This document shows positions 21,756-31,500 of a DNA stretch of 64,000 nt, piece after piece. The position numbers were made by a program, and so were the translations under genes. This stretch comes from Acidobacteriota bacterium (GTDB lineage Bacteria; Acidobacteriota; CAIWXX01). The DNA is taken from contig JBFMAF010000004.1 in the NCBI GenBank assembly GCA_040755995.1, positions 1 through 64,000 on the forward strand, written 5' to 3'. Under the pieces are notes generated by a model. That model was given only the letters and a program-made list of their open reading frames with translations, had not been told where the DNA came from and did not search any database. Position 1 is the stretch's first letter. Every line of letters starts with the position of its first letter.

Positions 21756-22612
21756 CGCGGAGCCCAATGGCGTACCGTCGTCGTAGTAACCGCGCCCGTA
21801 CCACTCTCCATCCCACGCTTCCTCGAGGACCGTCCCGAGGCGACTCGCCTCGCTGCGGTAGCGCTCGGCCCGAGCCTCATCTCCATGCGCCTCGCACAAG
21901 GGCGCGAACTCTTCGAGAACGCTGTGGAGAAAGAAGCCGAGCCAAGTGCTCTCCCCGCGTCCTCCATGCCCCACCCGGTTCATGCCGTCGTTCCAGTCGC
22001 CGGCACCCATCAGCGGAAGTCCGTGGGCCCCACTCGTGATCCCCTTGTCGATTGCGCGCAGGCAATGTTCGAAGAGCGTTCCCTGCTCGGCTGAGATGCG
22101 CGGTTGAGCGTAGGCATCCAGCGCATCGGCGGCGAGCACCGGCGCTTCCAGGAACTGTTGGCGCTCGTCCAGGACGCCCGCGTCTCCCGTCGCCCGAATG
22201 TAGTGGGCCACCGCGTACGGAAGCCACAGCAAGTCGTCCGAGCAGCGGGTGCGTGTGCCCCGGCCACTCGGTTCATGCCACCAGTGCGGGACGTCACCTT
22301 CGATGAACTGCCGGCCGGCGGCTCGCAGCAGGTGCTCCCTCATGAGATCCGGCCGCGCCAGCGACAGGGCCAGGACGTCCTGCAGCTGGTCGCGGAAACC
22401 GAACGCGCCACCGGGCTGATAGTAACCAGATCGTGCCCACAGGCGACAGCTTGCATCCTGATAGAGAAGCCACCGGTTCATCAACAGGTCGAAGGAGTCG
22501 TCCGGCGTGCGCACCTGAATGGCGTCGAGGGTTCGATCCCATGATCGGCGCACGGCTTCGAGCGCGGCCTCCGCGGCCGCAACATCACCGTGCCGGCGCA
22601 CCAGCTCGCGCG
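21756..22612 (-). pseudogene. cgs fragment F1 (GH94 region), colinear with 29247-30103
   Basis: Same 7491-bp offset at both ends; [23 protein letters not shown]...GDWNDGMN. Confidence 0.92.
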
Positions 22613-22725
22613 GGGATGTCACGCCAATTCCGTGTGAAAAGTCAAGACGCGGTCCGTACGTACCTTCCGGTCCCTACCTTCTACGCTTGGTCCACGTTTG
22701 GTGAGGAAACCCCGCCTGGACCTAG

Positions 22726-23625
22726 CTATTCCTCCAAAAAGTAGTCGGAGTCCAGCTTCTTTACTTCGTAAGTATTGACGGTCGAGACTCCGACATTGTG
22801 CTCGATCATCAACTGGGCCAACGCCTCGCCATCGATGAGCACCACCTTGGCGTCGATGTGAGATACGTATTCCTCGGCCTCGGAGGAGAAATCTGAGGAT
22901 GTGATGAACAGGCCCTTTTTGGCGCGTTGGCCGGTGAGCGCTCCCACGAATTTCTGTATCTCCGGTCGACCCACTGTGCTGTCCCACCGCTTGGCCTGAA
23001 TGTAGATGGCGTCCAGCCCCAGCCTATCCTCCTTGATGATGCCATCAATCCCACCATCACCGGTCTTGCCTATGGCCTTGCCCGCATCTTGTCGCGTGCC
23101 TCCGTAGCCCATCTTGACAATCACTTCCACAACCAGGTGTTCGAAGAACCCCGGGGAGCACGTCCTTAGTCGTTGGAGCAATTCCGATGCGAGTTCATCC
23201 CGCAATCTCTGATGGGCGAGTTCAAGCGACTCCTCTGGTGTCCGACCATCCGCCTCAGACTCTGTTTCCTCCCTCGAATGCCTCAGAGCGCGGAAATCCG
23301 TGAATTCCCGGAACTGTGAGAGGAAGACTACGTCGATCTTCTGGGGCTTCTGTTTGAGGACATCGAGACCACGTGAGGTGATCCTGTTCATACCGCGCTT
23401 GGGCGATTCGATCAGGCCGGCTTTCTTCAGATATGTGCGGGCCCAGCCGACGCGATTGATGAAGACTTGCTGTTGTCCACTGGGTAACATCTCGCGCCTT
23501 TCCTCTTCCGTCAGCTTGAACCCCTTGGCAACGGCTTCCGCGGCCTCGCGAAAAAGGTGCTCTCGGCCGTCCGAGTAGAACTTAAGGAGCGGTAGCATAC
23601 ATGCTTGGTAGTCCGGTATGCGCAT
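22726..23625 (-). CDS. mrr: Mrr type IV restriction endonuclease
   Basis: Mrr_N (IPDYQ..MLPLL, NRVGWARTYLKKAG) plus DGGIDG...YIQAKRW catalytic motif. Confidence 0.92.
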   Translation of the reverse strand: MRIPDYQACMLPLLKFYSDGREHLFREAAEAVAKGFKLTEEERREMLPSGQQQVFINRVGWARTYLKKAGLIESPKRGMNRITSRGLDVLKQKPQKIDVVFLSQFREFTDFRALRHSREETESEADGRTPEESLELAHQRLRDELASELLQRLRTCSPGFFEHLVVEVIVKMGYGGTRQDAGKAIGKTGDGGIDGIIKEDRLGLDAIYIQAKRWDSTVGRPEIQKFVGALTGQRAKKGLFITSSDFSSEAEEYVSHIDAKVVLIDGEALAQLMIEHNVGVSTVNTYEVKKLDSDYFLEE

Positions 23626-24107
23626 GTCATCTTCCCCTCGAAAGGACACCCAACCACTTCCGAAGCACCAACTCGCGTGGTGCTTGGATCATGGAAGCCA
23701 GTATACACGGGGTCTTGGTCGCGTCAAGCGGCGCTTTTCCCAAGAGATATGCTCCCTGGGCTCGGGACCGTGCGGCTCGCAGCGGCACGCATTCGACTCG
23801 CAAACGCACGTCAGTTTGACGATGCAGCGACCCAGGCTCACATCTGTAGTTACTGGACGAAGGCCGATGTCACGAGCCTACTGGAGCGGGTCGCGGCGGC
23901 TGCGGATGTGTACAAGCGTATGAGAGCTCGCGAGCCGATCACATAAGGAAACCGATGGGATACCCCAACGCCAAGCGGTCCTGGATGAAGCTCATGCATG
24001 CCACGCCGAGCGCTTCCTCCGCTGCCGGCCCGTTCCACCTAAGCTCCTCGAAGCCGTTTGGATCAACCCGCCAGCCACGGAGGATGTTTCGAGTCAGCCG
24101 ACGCACA

Positions 24108-24863
24108 CTAGTTTCCAGCTGTCAGTGTCTCAAAATGCTTGACACGTTCCGGCCGGTCGGCGGGCATCTGATCCCACGTTCGTCCGTCCAGTAGGCGCCC
24201 TGCCTGTTTCTTATTCTTCCCTCCCCACTGCTTAAAGAAGAAGGGCACTTTCGCTCGCTTGCACTGGTCGCGGACATCTATTACCCAAGCAGGATCCATC
24301 GGCCGTGCGCATGCCCCGGACTCGCCGCCCACAATCACCCAGTCGATGTCTCGAAAGTCGATGCGCTGAAATGGCCCAAGCAACGGTTCGAAGGAGAGGA
24401 ACTTGAGCATCGCACGTGTCGAGCGGAGGTCATCGATACGCCACTTGTATCTGTCGCTCTCAACGCTCACACCCATCCAAATATTCGGCGCCCAGGTCAG
24501 TTTGGCATCAAGTTCAACCAGCCGCTCGGAGCGCTTCGTAAGAATCTGAAATCGATGCCAGTCGGCACGCCGCATAACGTCAAAGATCCGGTGGATATAT
24601 TCCAGTGGCACATCTTCGTGGAAGATGTCGCTCATAGAGTTCACAAATATCATCTGTGGCTTCTTCCATCGCAACGGAAGATCCAGCATGCGCGGTTGGA
24701 GCGTGAGCTCGAACCCGTTCCGGTAGTTCTCCTGTCCCATCATCTGCAGCCGTTCGGCCATTCGCTCCGCGTAACAGAACTTGCAGCCAGGGCTGATTTT
24801 CGTGCACCCTGTCACCGGGTTCCAGGTCGACTCGGTCCATTCGATGCCTGTTATCAAACCCAT
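24108..24863 (-). CDS. DUF5131 (phage Gp37/Gp68-like) three-Cys protein
   Basis: IEWTESTWNPVTGCTKISPGCKFCYA, FVNSMSD, DWVIVGGESG, FFFKQWGG. Confidence 0.9.
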   Translation of the reverse strand: MGLITGIEWTESTWNPVTGCTKISPGCKFCYAERMAERLQMMGQENYRNGFELTLQPRMLDLPLRWKKPQMIFVNSMSDIFHEDVPLEYIHRIFDVMRRADWHRFQILTKRSERLVELDAKLTWAPNIWMGVSVESDRYKWRIDDLRSTRAMLKFLSFEPLLGPFQRIDFRDIDWVIVGGESGACARPMDPAWVIDVRDQCKRAKVPFFFKQWGGKNKKQAGRLLDGRTWDQMPADRPERVKHFETLTAGN

Positions 24864-25945
24864 GTCAACTTCGCATCGTCGGGGTAACTGTTTGCCCGGC
24901 GTTTAGTGCCGTCCAACTTCTGTGGCTCCACTCGAAGCCTCCTGTCCTCTTCTTCCTGCCTTAGAGCGGCAGTCATGTCCTTCTTGAGATATGCTGTATT
25001 ATTCTCAACGAACGTTCGTATTTGGCTCCCGGTCACCATCCCTTTGCGGCAGAACTCGTTGCGCAACTGTTCTATTAGAATCAGCGTTGGATCAGTCTCG
25101 AAGAGAACGAGCTGGTTGGGGTTCGTTGCATCTGAGAACTTGAACTCACCGTCCGGGTCTGCCTTCCACATTGCCTCCTTCATTCTCAAGTGACCCAATT
25201 CGTGGTTCGTCGCGAAGAAAAGGTAGTATTGGGTCCTGTTCTGCCGGTCGCGCATCTCGAAATAGCGAACATACCTGGCGACCTGCTCCAGTTTCGACTG
25301 GTAGAGCTCCCGGAGCTTCTTGACGCGGTCGCCAGACCCCTTCGCGATCTGACCGGCCTCTGGATCACCGAAGGCATCCATAATATGCTGTACAATCCTG
25401 CCATCTGGGTGTTCGAGGAATCGGTTGATGGCCTCGACCATGAACGTGATCAAAGTCTCCGACCTCGGGCAGCTGAGAAGCCGCTGGATCTGAGCGAATG
25501 GGATGCCGGAAAATCCGAATGGATCGATGAACGCAAACGTCGGGGCAAGCGTCTTCTTGTCCACCGCCATTGATTCTAACATCTCGTCGAGCCTCTCATG
25601 GAACTTCCCCGATTTGGTGATCAGTTTGAAATGCGGAGGGAAGGTGATCCCGCTGAGCTCCTGCTGCAAGTGCTCCAGGCGGTCCAGGCGCTCCTCGATG
25701 AACCAAAACACGATCTCACCTTTCATTGACTTTCGATGGTTGAGCGCCACATCCAGGGCGATAATAGGAGAGCCCTTTTCACCCCCCTTGTACCGACCCG
25801 GTCCTGCGAATCCGTCGATGTAGATGATGCGCCTATAGTGGGTACTGAGGATAGGAAACCACGCCGAAAGATACCGTCGTAGTATCTGGTGCTTGGCTTT
25901 CGTATGTGGGTCAAGTTCCCACAGCGTTTCCTTTGGGGTGGTCAT
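24854..25945 (-). CDS. tcmP: Three-Cys-motif partner protein TcmP (SAM-methyltransferase-like)
   Basis: HTKAKH.IL..YL.AW, YIDGFAGPG, GSP, FAFIDPFG, YYLFFAT, MKEAMW; overlaps DUF5131. Confidence 0.88.
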   Translation of the reverse strand: MTTPKETLWELDPHTKAKHQILRRYLSAWFPILSTHYRRIIYIDGFAGPGRYKGGEKGSPIIALDVALNHRKSMKGEIVFWFIEERLDRLEHLQQELSGITFPPHFKLITKSGKFHERLDEMLESMAVDKKTLAPTFAFIDPFGFSGIPFAQIQRLLSCPRSETLITFMVEAINRFLEHPDGRIVQHIMDAFGDPEAGQIAKGSGDRVKKLRELYQSKLEQVARYVRYFEMRDRQNRTQYYLFFATNHELGHLRMKEAMWKADPDGEFKFSDATNPNQLVLFETDPTLILIEQLRNEFCRKGMVTGSQIRTFVENNTAYLKKDMTAALRQEEEDRRLRVEPQKLDGTKRRANSYPDDAKLTWV

Positions 25946-25996
25946 TTCTGTCGAATATACAAGAAACCTGCGACTGGAACAACCATCAGGAGCCCT

Positions 25997-27227
25997 TCAT
26001 GTCCTCGGTCCGACCGGCCGAGGATCGTCGCCGATGATCAGCTGCACGTGGTGAGTGGCGGCGTCGTCGACGAGAGGGATGGCGCGGGGGTCGACGGGCG
26101 CGCCGTCTAGTTGGGCGTCGGCGATGCCTCGGCAGCGGCGATCCGGGTTCGAGACGGAGATCTCGTAGCGCGTCTCGCCGAAGCGCCAGATGATCTCGTA
26201 CTCGGGCCATGACGCGGGGATGCAGGGGTCCATCTCGAAGGTCGTGCCGCGGCGCCTGAGGCCGAGGATGCTCTCGATGCCCGCGCGGTACATCCAACCC
26301 GCGGAGCCGGTGTACCAGGTCCAGCCACCGCGCCCGGCATGGGCTGGGTGGGCGCAGACGTCGCCGGCGATCACGTAGGGCTCGGCCTTGTAGTGCTCGA
26401 CGTCGGCCGCGGTCCGCGTGTGGTTGATCGGGTTGAGCATGTGGAACAGCTCAGCCGCTTCGTCTCCACTGCCCAGTTTGGCCAGCGCCATGACGATCCA
26501 CACGGCCGCATGAGTGTACTGGCCGCCGTTCTCCCGCACTCCGGGCGGGTAGCCCTTGATGTATCCGGGGTCCTGCGTCGATTGATCAAAGGGCGGGGTG
26601 AGCAGCGGCAGAATTTGTGGCCCTCGCCGGACCAGGTGCGTGCGGACCGCGTCCATTGCGCGCTCGGTGCGCCGCACTGGAACCGCTCCAGAAAGCACCG
26701 CCCAGGACTGAGCGATCGAGTCGATCTTGCATTCGTCGTTCTGCGCGGAGCCCAAGGGCGAGCCGTCGTCGTAATAGCCGCGCCGGTACCACTCGCCATC
26801 CCACGCTTGCTCGAGGACCGTCGCGAGCCGACTCGCCTCGATGCGGTAGCGCTCGGCCCGAGCCTGGTCCCCGCGGGTCTCGCACAACGGCGCGAAGTCT
26901 TCGAGAACACTGTGGAGGAAGAAGCCTAGCCACGTGCTCTCACCGCGCCCTCCACGTCCCACCCGGTTCATGCCGTCGTTCCAGTCTCCGGCACCCATGA
27001 GCGGAAGTCCGTGGGCCCCACTCGTGATCCCCTTGTCGATTGCGCGCAGGCAATGTTCGAAGAGCGTCCCCTGCTCGGCTGAGATGCGCGGTTGAGCGTA
27101 GGCATCCAGCGCATCGGCGGCGAGCACCGGCGCTTCCAGGAAGTGTTGGCGCTCGTCCAGGACGCCCGCGTCTCCCGTCGCCCGAATGTAGTGGGCCACC
27201 GCGTAGGGGAGCCACAGCAGGTCGTCC
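25997..27227 (-). pseudogene. cgs fragment F2 (3' end with its own stop codon); 26012-27227 colinear with 28515-29730
   Basis: Same 2503-bp offset at both ends; DDLLWLPY...RENGGQYTH...GWTWYTGSA. Confidence 0.93.
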
Positions 27228-27246
27228 CTCTCGCGGTCCGTAATTC

Positions 27247-27275
27247 TTGACACGACCCCCAGGACCCCGTACTCT
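27247..27275 (+). promoter_or_regulatory. Sigma70-type promoter, probably driving a leaderless transcript
   Basis: TTGACA-17bp-TACTCT, with ATG 27282 starting 7 nt after the -10 box. Confidence 0.65.
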
Positions 27276-27281
27276 GAACGC

Positions 27282-27524
27282 ATGTTTCAGATGCACGCCG
27301 CCAAAAACGCCGCACCCTGGCCACCAGGGATGATCCCGCTGATGCGGTACTACTACAGCGGGAGCGTTTTCAATATCCGGTCGAAAAACGAAATTCCTGG
27401 TTTGGCCGTTCTCGCGGGCAGCGACGGGACGGCAATACTGAGTTGGAGCAGGCAATTGAGCAAGGAGCCGTTCATCGGGGCCGGTGCAGAGTGGGTTGAC
27501 GCCGAACTCTCGTACCGAGGGTGA
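27282..27524 (+). CDS. Hypothetical protein, 80 aa (leaderless)
   Basis: ATG falls at the predicted TSS; no recognised motif. Confidence 0.5.
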   Translation: MFQMHAAKNAAPWPPGMIPLMRYYYSGSVFNIRSKNEIPGLAVLAGSDGTAILSWSRQLSKEPFIGAGAEWVDAELSYRG

Positions 27525-27552
27525 TTTCACCACATCAGAGGAAGAGCATCCT

Positions 27553-27909
27553 ATGTCAAGCATTGCGTGCGAGGTTATCATCCCGTACAACTCTGGACTT
27601 ACGAGCATGCCTTGGCCACCGAACAAGATTCCCGACTGGGAAAAGGCGGTCGCATTTCTTTTCGGGGGAATCTCGCCGCTGGCGATCAGCGTCGTGGGGC
27701 TCTGGACGAAGCCGAGTCCGACAGGGTCAACGCTGATGCCGGATCCGCAGAACCGATACGAGATCGCGATCGACCACAGCCGGGTCGCGGAGCTTCGCGA
27801 GCTCATCCGCTTCACCTGCGCCCACTTTGAGCAGGAATGTGTGTACTTCAAGAACGGAGTCAGTGTCGAAGTCATCGACAATCCTCTGGGCTGGCCACCG
27901 GCGCCTTGA
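27553..27909 (+). CDS. Hypothetical protein, 118 aa (C-terminal F-x-Q-x-x-V-Y motif, DUF3574-like)
   Basis: GAGG RBS; HFEQECVYF motif. Confidence 0.55.
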   Translation: MSSIACEVIIPYNSGLTSMPWPPNKIPDWEKAVAFLFGGISPLAISVVGLWTKPSPTGSTLMPDPQNRYEIAIDHSRVAELRELIRFTCAHFEQECVYFKNGVSVEVIDNPLGWPPAP

Positions 27910-27934
27910 CAAATATCAACCAGAGCGTTAGGTT
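27906..27934 (+). promoter_or_regulatory. Sigma70-type promoter for the HTH gene
   Basis: TTGACA-17bp-TAGGTT. Confidence 0.55.
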
Positions 27935-27960
27935 TATATTCGTAAAGCGTGAGGTGAGCC

Positions 27961-28446
27961 ATGGATAGTTACACACTCCTTTCGGGTGAGATCGTGGACC
28001 TGCGGAGTCTCAGTCCTGAAGGGCGCAGATTCCTTTCCCGCCTGAAGGCCACGGCGCGGAAAAAAGGAGAGGAAGACTACTTCGATCTCCTGCGAGCTGT
28101 GAAGGGGCCCGGCGCCTTTCCTCTCCGCGGCGGTCCAATCACACCTGAGGTCGCGGTGAGCCCTCTCTACCGTGTCGCGCACGACATTGTCGATAGGGTT
28201 GGGATCGAGCAAGGGTATCTTCTGCCTCCAGGTGCTGCGGTGGACATGCCACGAACTGGTGAATGGATCAGCATGACCCAAGCGGCCGAGCTGATCGGTG
28301 TCTCGCGTACCGCCGTTCATCAAGCCCTTCTTGAGAAGCGCTTGGAGGGGCTGCGGGTCGGGAACGCGTGGACTATCGAACGGCGGAGAGCGATTGCGTA
28401 CAAGGAACGGCGCGAAGCCAAGATTCCAGCGGAAGTCGGTGTCTGA
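27961..28446 (+). CDS. Protein with a C-terminal excisionase-like HTH_17 DNA-binding domain
   Basis: WISMTQAAELIGVSRTAVHQAL..KRL.G.RVGNAWTI; GAGGTG RBS. Confidence 0.75.
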   Translation: MDSYTLLSGEIVDLRSLSPEGRRFLSRLKATARKKGEEDYFDLLRAVKGPGAFPLRGGPITPEVAVSPLYRVAHDIVDRVGIEQGYLLPPGAAVDMPRTGEWISMTQAAELIGVSRTAVHQALLEKRLEGLRVGNAWTIERRRAIAYKERREAKIPAEVGV

Positions 28447-28502
28447 AGAACGGTAGCGTAGGAGCCTCTGCAGGGGAGCAGGCATCGAAGAAGGCGCGCC
28501 TC

Positions 28503-31500
28503 TCAGAGCTGCTTGACCGGGCGCGGGTCGTCGCCGATGAGCAGGCGCAGGTGGTGCGCGGCGGCGTCATCGACGAGAGGGATGGCGTGGGGGTCGACGG
28601 GGGTGCCGTCCAGTTGGGCGTCGGCGATGCCTCGGCAGCGGCCGTGCGGGTTCGAGACCGTGATCTGGTAACGCGTTTGGCCGAAGCGCCATGTGATCTC
28701 GTACTCGGGCCATGACGCGGGGATGCAGGGGTCAAGCTCGAAGGTCGCGCCGCGGCGCCTGAGGCCCAGGATGCTCTCGATGCCCGCGCGGTACATCCAG
28801 CCCGCGGAGCCGGTGTACCAGGTCCAGCCACCGCGCCCGGCATGGGCTGGGTGGGCGCAGACGTCGCCGGCGATCACGTAGGGCTCGGCCTTGTAGTGCT
28901 CGACGTCGGCCGCGGTCCGCGTGTGGTTGATCGGGTTGAGCATGTGGAACAGCTCAGCCGCTTCGTCTCCACTGCCCAGCTTGGCCAGCGCCATGACGAT
29001 CCACACGGCCGCATGCGTGTACTGGCCGCCGTTCTCCCGCACTCCGGGCGGGTAGCCCTTGATGTAACCGGGGTCCTGCGCCGATTGATCAAGTGGTGGT
29101 GTGAGCAGCGGCAGAACTTGTGGCCCTCGCCGGACCAGGTGGGTGCGAATCGCGTCCATGGCACGTTCCATGTGGCGCAGCAGAACCGCTCCAGAGAGGA
29201 CGGCCCAAGACTGAGCGACCGAGTCGATCTTGCACTCGTCGTTTTGCGCGGAGCCCAAGGGCGTGCCGTCGTCATAGTAACCGCGCCGGTACCATTCCCC
29301 GTCCCACGCTTGTTCGAGCACGGTCGCGAGGCGACTGGCCTCGGTGCGGTATCGCTCGGCCCGAGCCTGGTCCGCGCGGCCCTCGCACAAGGGCGCGAAC
29401 TCTTCGAGAACACTGTGGAGGAAGAACCCGAGCCACGTGCTCTCCCCGCTCCCTCCACGTCCCACCCGGTTCATGCCGTCGTTCCAGTCGCCGCTGCCCA
29501 TGAGCGGAAGTCCGTGTGCCCCACTCGTGAGCCCCTTGTCGATTGCACGCAGGCAATGCTCGAAGAGCGGTTCCTGCTCCGTTGAGACCCGCGGTTGAGC
29601 GTAGGCCTCCAGAGCGTCGGCGGCGAGCAGCGGCGCTTCCAGGAAGGGCACGCCTTCATCCAGGACGCCCGCGTCTCCCGTCACCCGAACGTAGTGGGCC
29701 ACCGCGTACGGAAGCCACAGCAGGTCGTCCGAGCAGCGGGTGCGCGTGCCCCGGCCACTCGGTTCGTGCCACCAGTGCTGGACGTCACCTTCGAGAAACT
29801 GCCGGCTGGCGGCTCGCAGCAGGTGCTCCCTCATGAGATCCGGCCGCGCCAACGAGAGGGCCATGACGTCCTGCAACTGGTCGCGGAAACCGAACGCGCC
29901 GCCCGGCTGATAGTAAGCAGATCGTGCCCACAGCCGGCAGCTCACGTCCTGATAGAGAAGCCACCGGTTCATCAACAGGTCGAAGGAGTCGTCCGGTGTG
30001 CGCACCTGAACCGCGTCGAGGGAAGAATCCCATGATCGGCGCACGGCTTCCAGCGCGGCCTCCGCGGCAGCAACATTACCGTGCCGGCGCACCAGCTCGC
30101 GCGCATGGTCCACATCCTTCCCCTGGCCGAGGAGAAACACGAGTCGGCGGCTCTCGCCAGGGGCCAGCGTTAGCGATAGGTGTAACGCCGCACACGGATC
30201 GAGCCCCGCTCCGAAGCACCCGGAGAGCGCTTCGCAGCGCAGGCCCGCCGGTCGCGCCAGGGAGCCGTTGCGGCCGAGAAAGGACAACCGATCTCCCGTC
30301 GCCGATCGGAGATCCTCGCTCGCGCGCGCGAACGCCACGCGTCCGGCGAACTCCTGGTTGTATGGGTTCCTGGCCAGGACGGCCCCGCTCGCGCTGTCAA
30401 TCGAAGTGACCACGTGCGCCTGCTGGCCGGCCCGCGGCCGCCCCATCACCCACTCGTTATAAGCGAAGACGCTCAGGCGACGCGTCACATCGCTTTCGTT
30501 TGTCAGTGTGAGCAGCGAGAACTTCACCGGATCCTTCGCCTCAACAAAGACGTCGAGCTCGTGACGAATGCCTTGCGCCACGCGCGCGAAGCGGGACACA
30601 CCGGCGGAATGCCGAATCACAAATCGGCCGCTCGTGCGCGTACGGGGCATCGGGCCCGGCGTCGGTGACCATGCCTCTCCCGTCTCATCATCGCGAACGA
30701 ACAGCGCCTCGGCCGTTGGGTCGGTGACGGGGTCGTTCGCGAAGGGCGTGAGGCGGTTCTCACGGCTGTTCTCCGACCAGGTGTAGGCCGACCCCGAGGC
30801 CGTGACCACCGTCCCGAAATCGGGGTTGGCAATCACGTTGGCCCACGGCATGGGCGTCTCCTGGTCCCCTTCCAGGACGATGACGTATTCTCGTCCATCC
30901 TCCGCGAAGCCGCCGAGCCCGTTGGCCATGGCGAGAGGAGGCACCGGCACCTCTGTTTGTGGGGATGAGAACGCGACGGTGGAGTGCGACGTCCCGGGGG
31001 CCGTGAGCTCGTCCGGCCCCGTGCCCGACCACTCGGGATAGGGCCAGTCCAGTTGCATGGCCAGGTCGCCACGCTCTCCGCTGAGCACCGCCCGCGCGAC
31101 ACTCGCGAGCAGAACGCGCTCGGCTTCAGGCATGCGGTCGCCGCGCAGCAGGTACGCTCCGCCGGGCCGGTGCTTCCACGTTCTCCATGGACCGTTATCG
31201 AGCAGCGCCGTAAGCAGCGAGTGCATCTCATCGAGGTAGCTGACGGGGTGTTCGTTGACGATCACGACATCCGCACTCAGCCCCTTGAGCCGCCAGTACT
31301 CTTGAGCCTGCAGTACTTGCCGCACCAGCGGCAGGTCGTCCTCCTCGACGACGCGCACCAAGAGGATGGGGAGGTCGCCGGAGATGCTGTGAGGCCACAA
31401 TCCCTCCTGGCCAAGCTCGTTGCGGGCGAGGAGCGCCGGGCTCGCGCGGAGCGATTCGTCGGCATAGAGCACCCGCGAAGCCAGGCGCTCGAAGAGCTGT

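Noticed and set aside
18105..22622. 1505-aa GH94-tricorn fusion ORF
   Set aside because: Tricorn has its own AGGAGG RBS, ATG (21437) and signal peptide. The linker is not protein-like and the N-terminal part is cgs fragment F1, so this is a chance in-frame read-through.
23650..24100. Short ORFs between mrr and DUF5131
   Set aside because: No recognisable motif or convincing start; possibly remnants.
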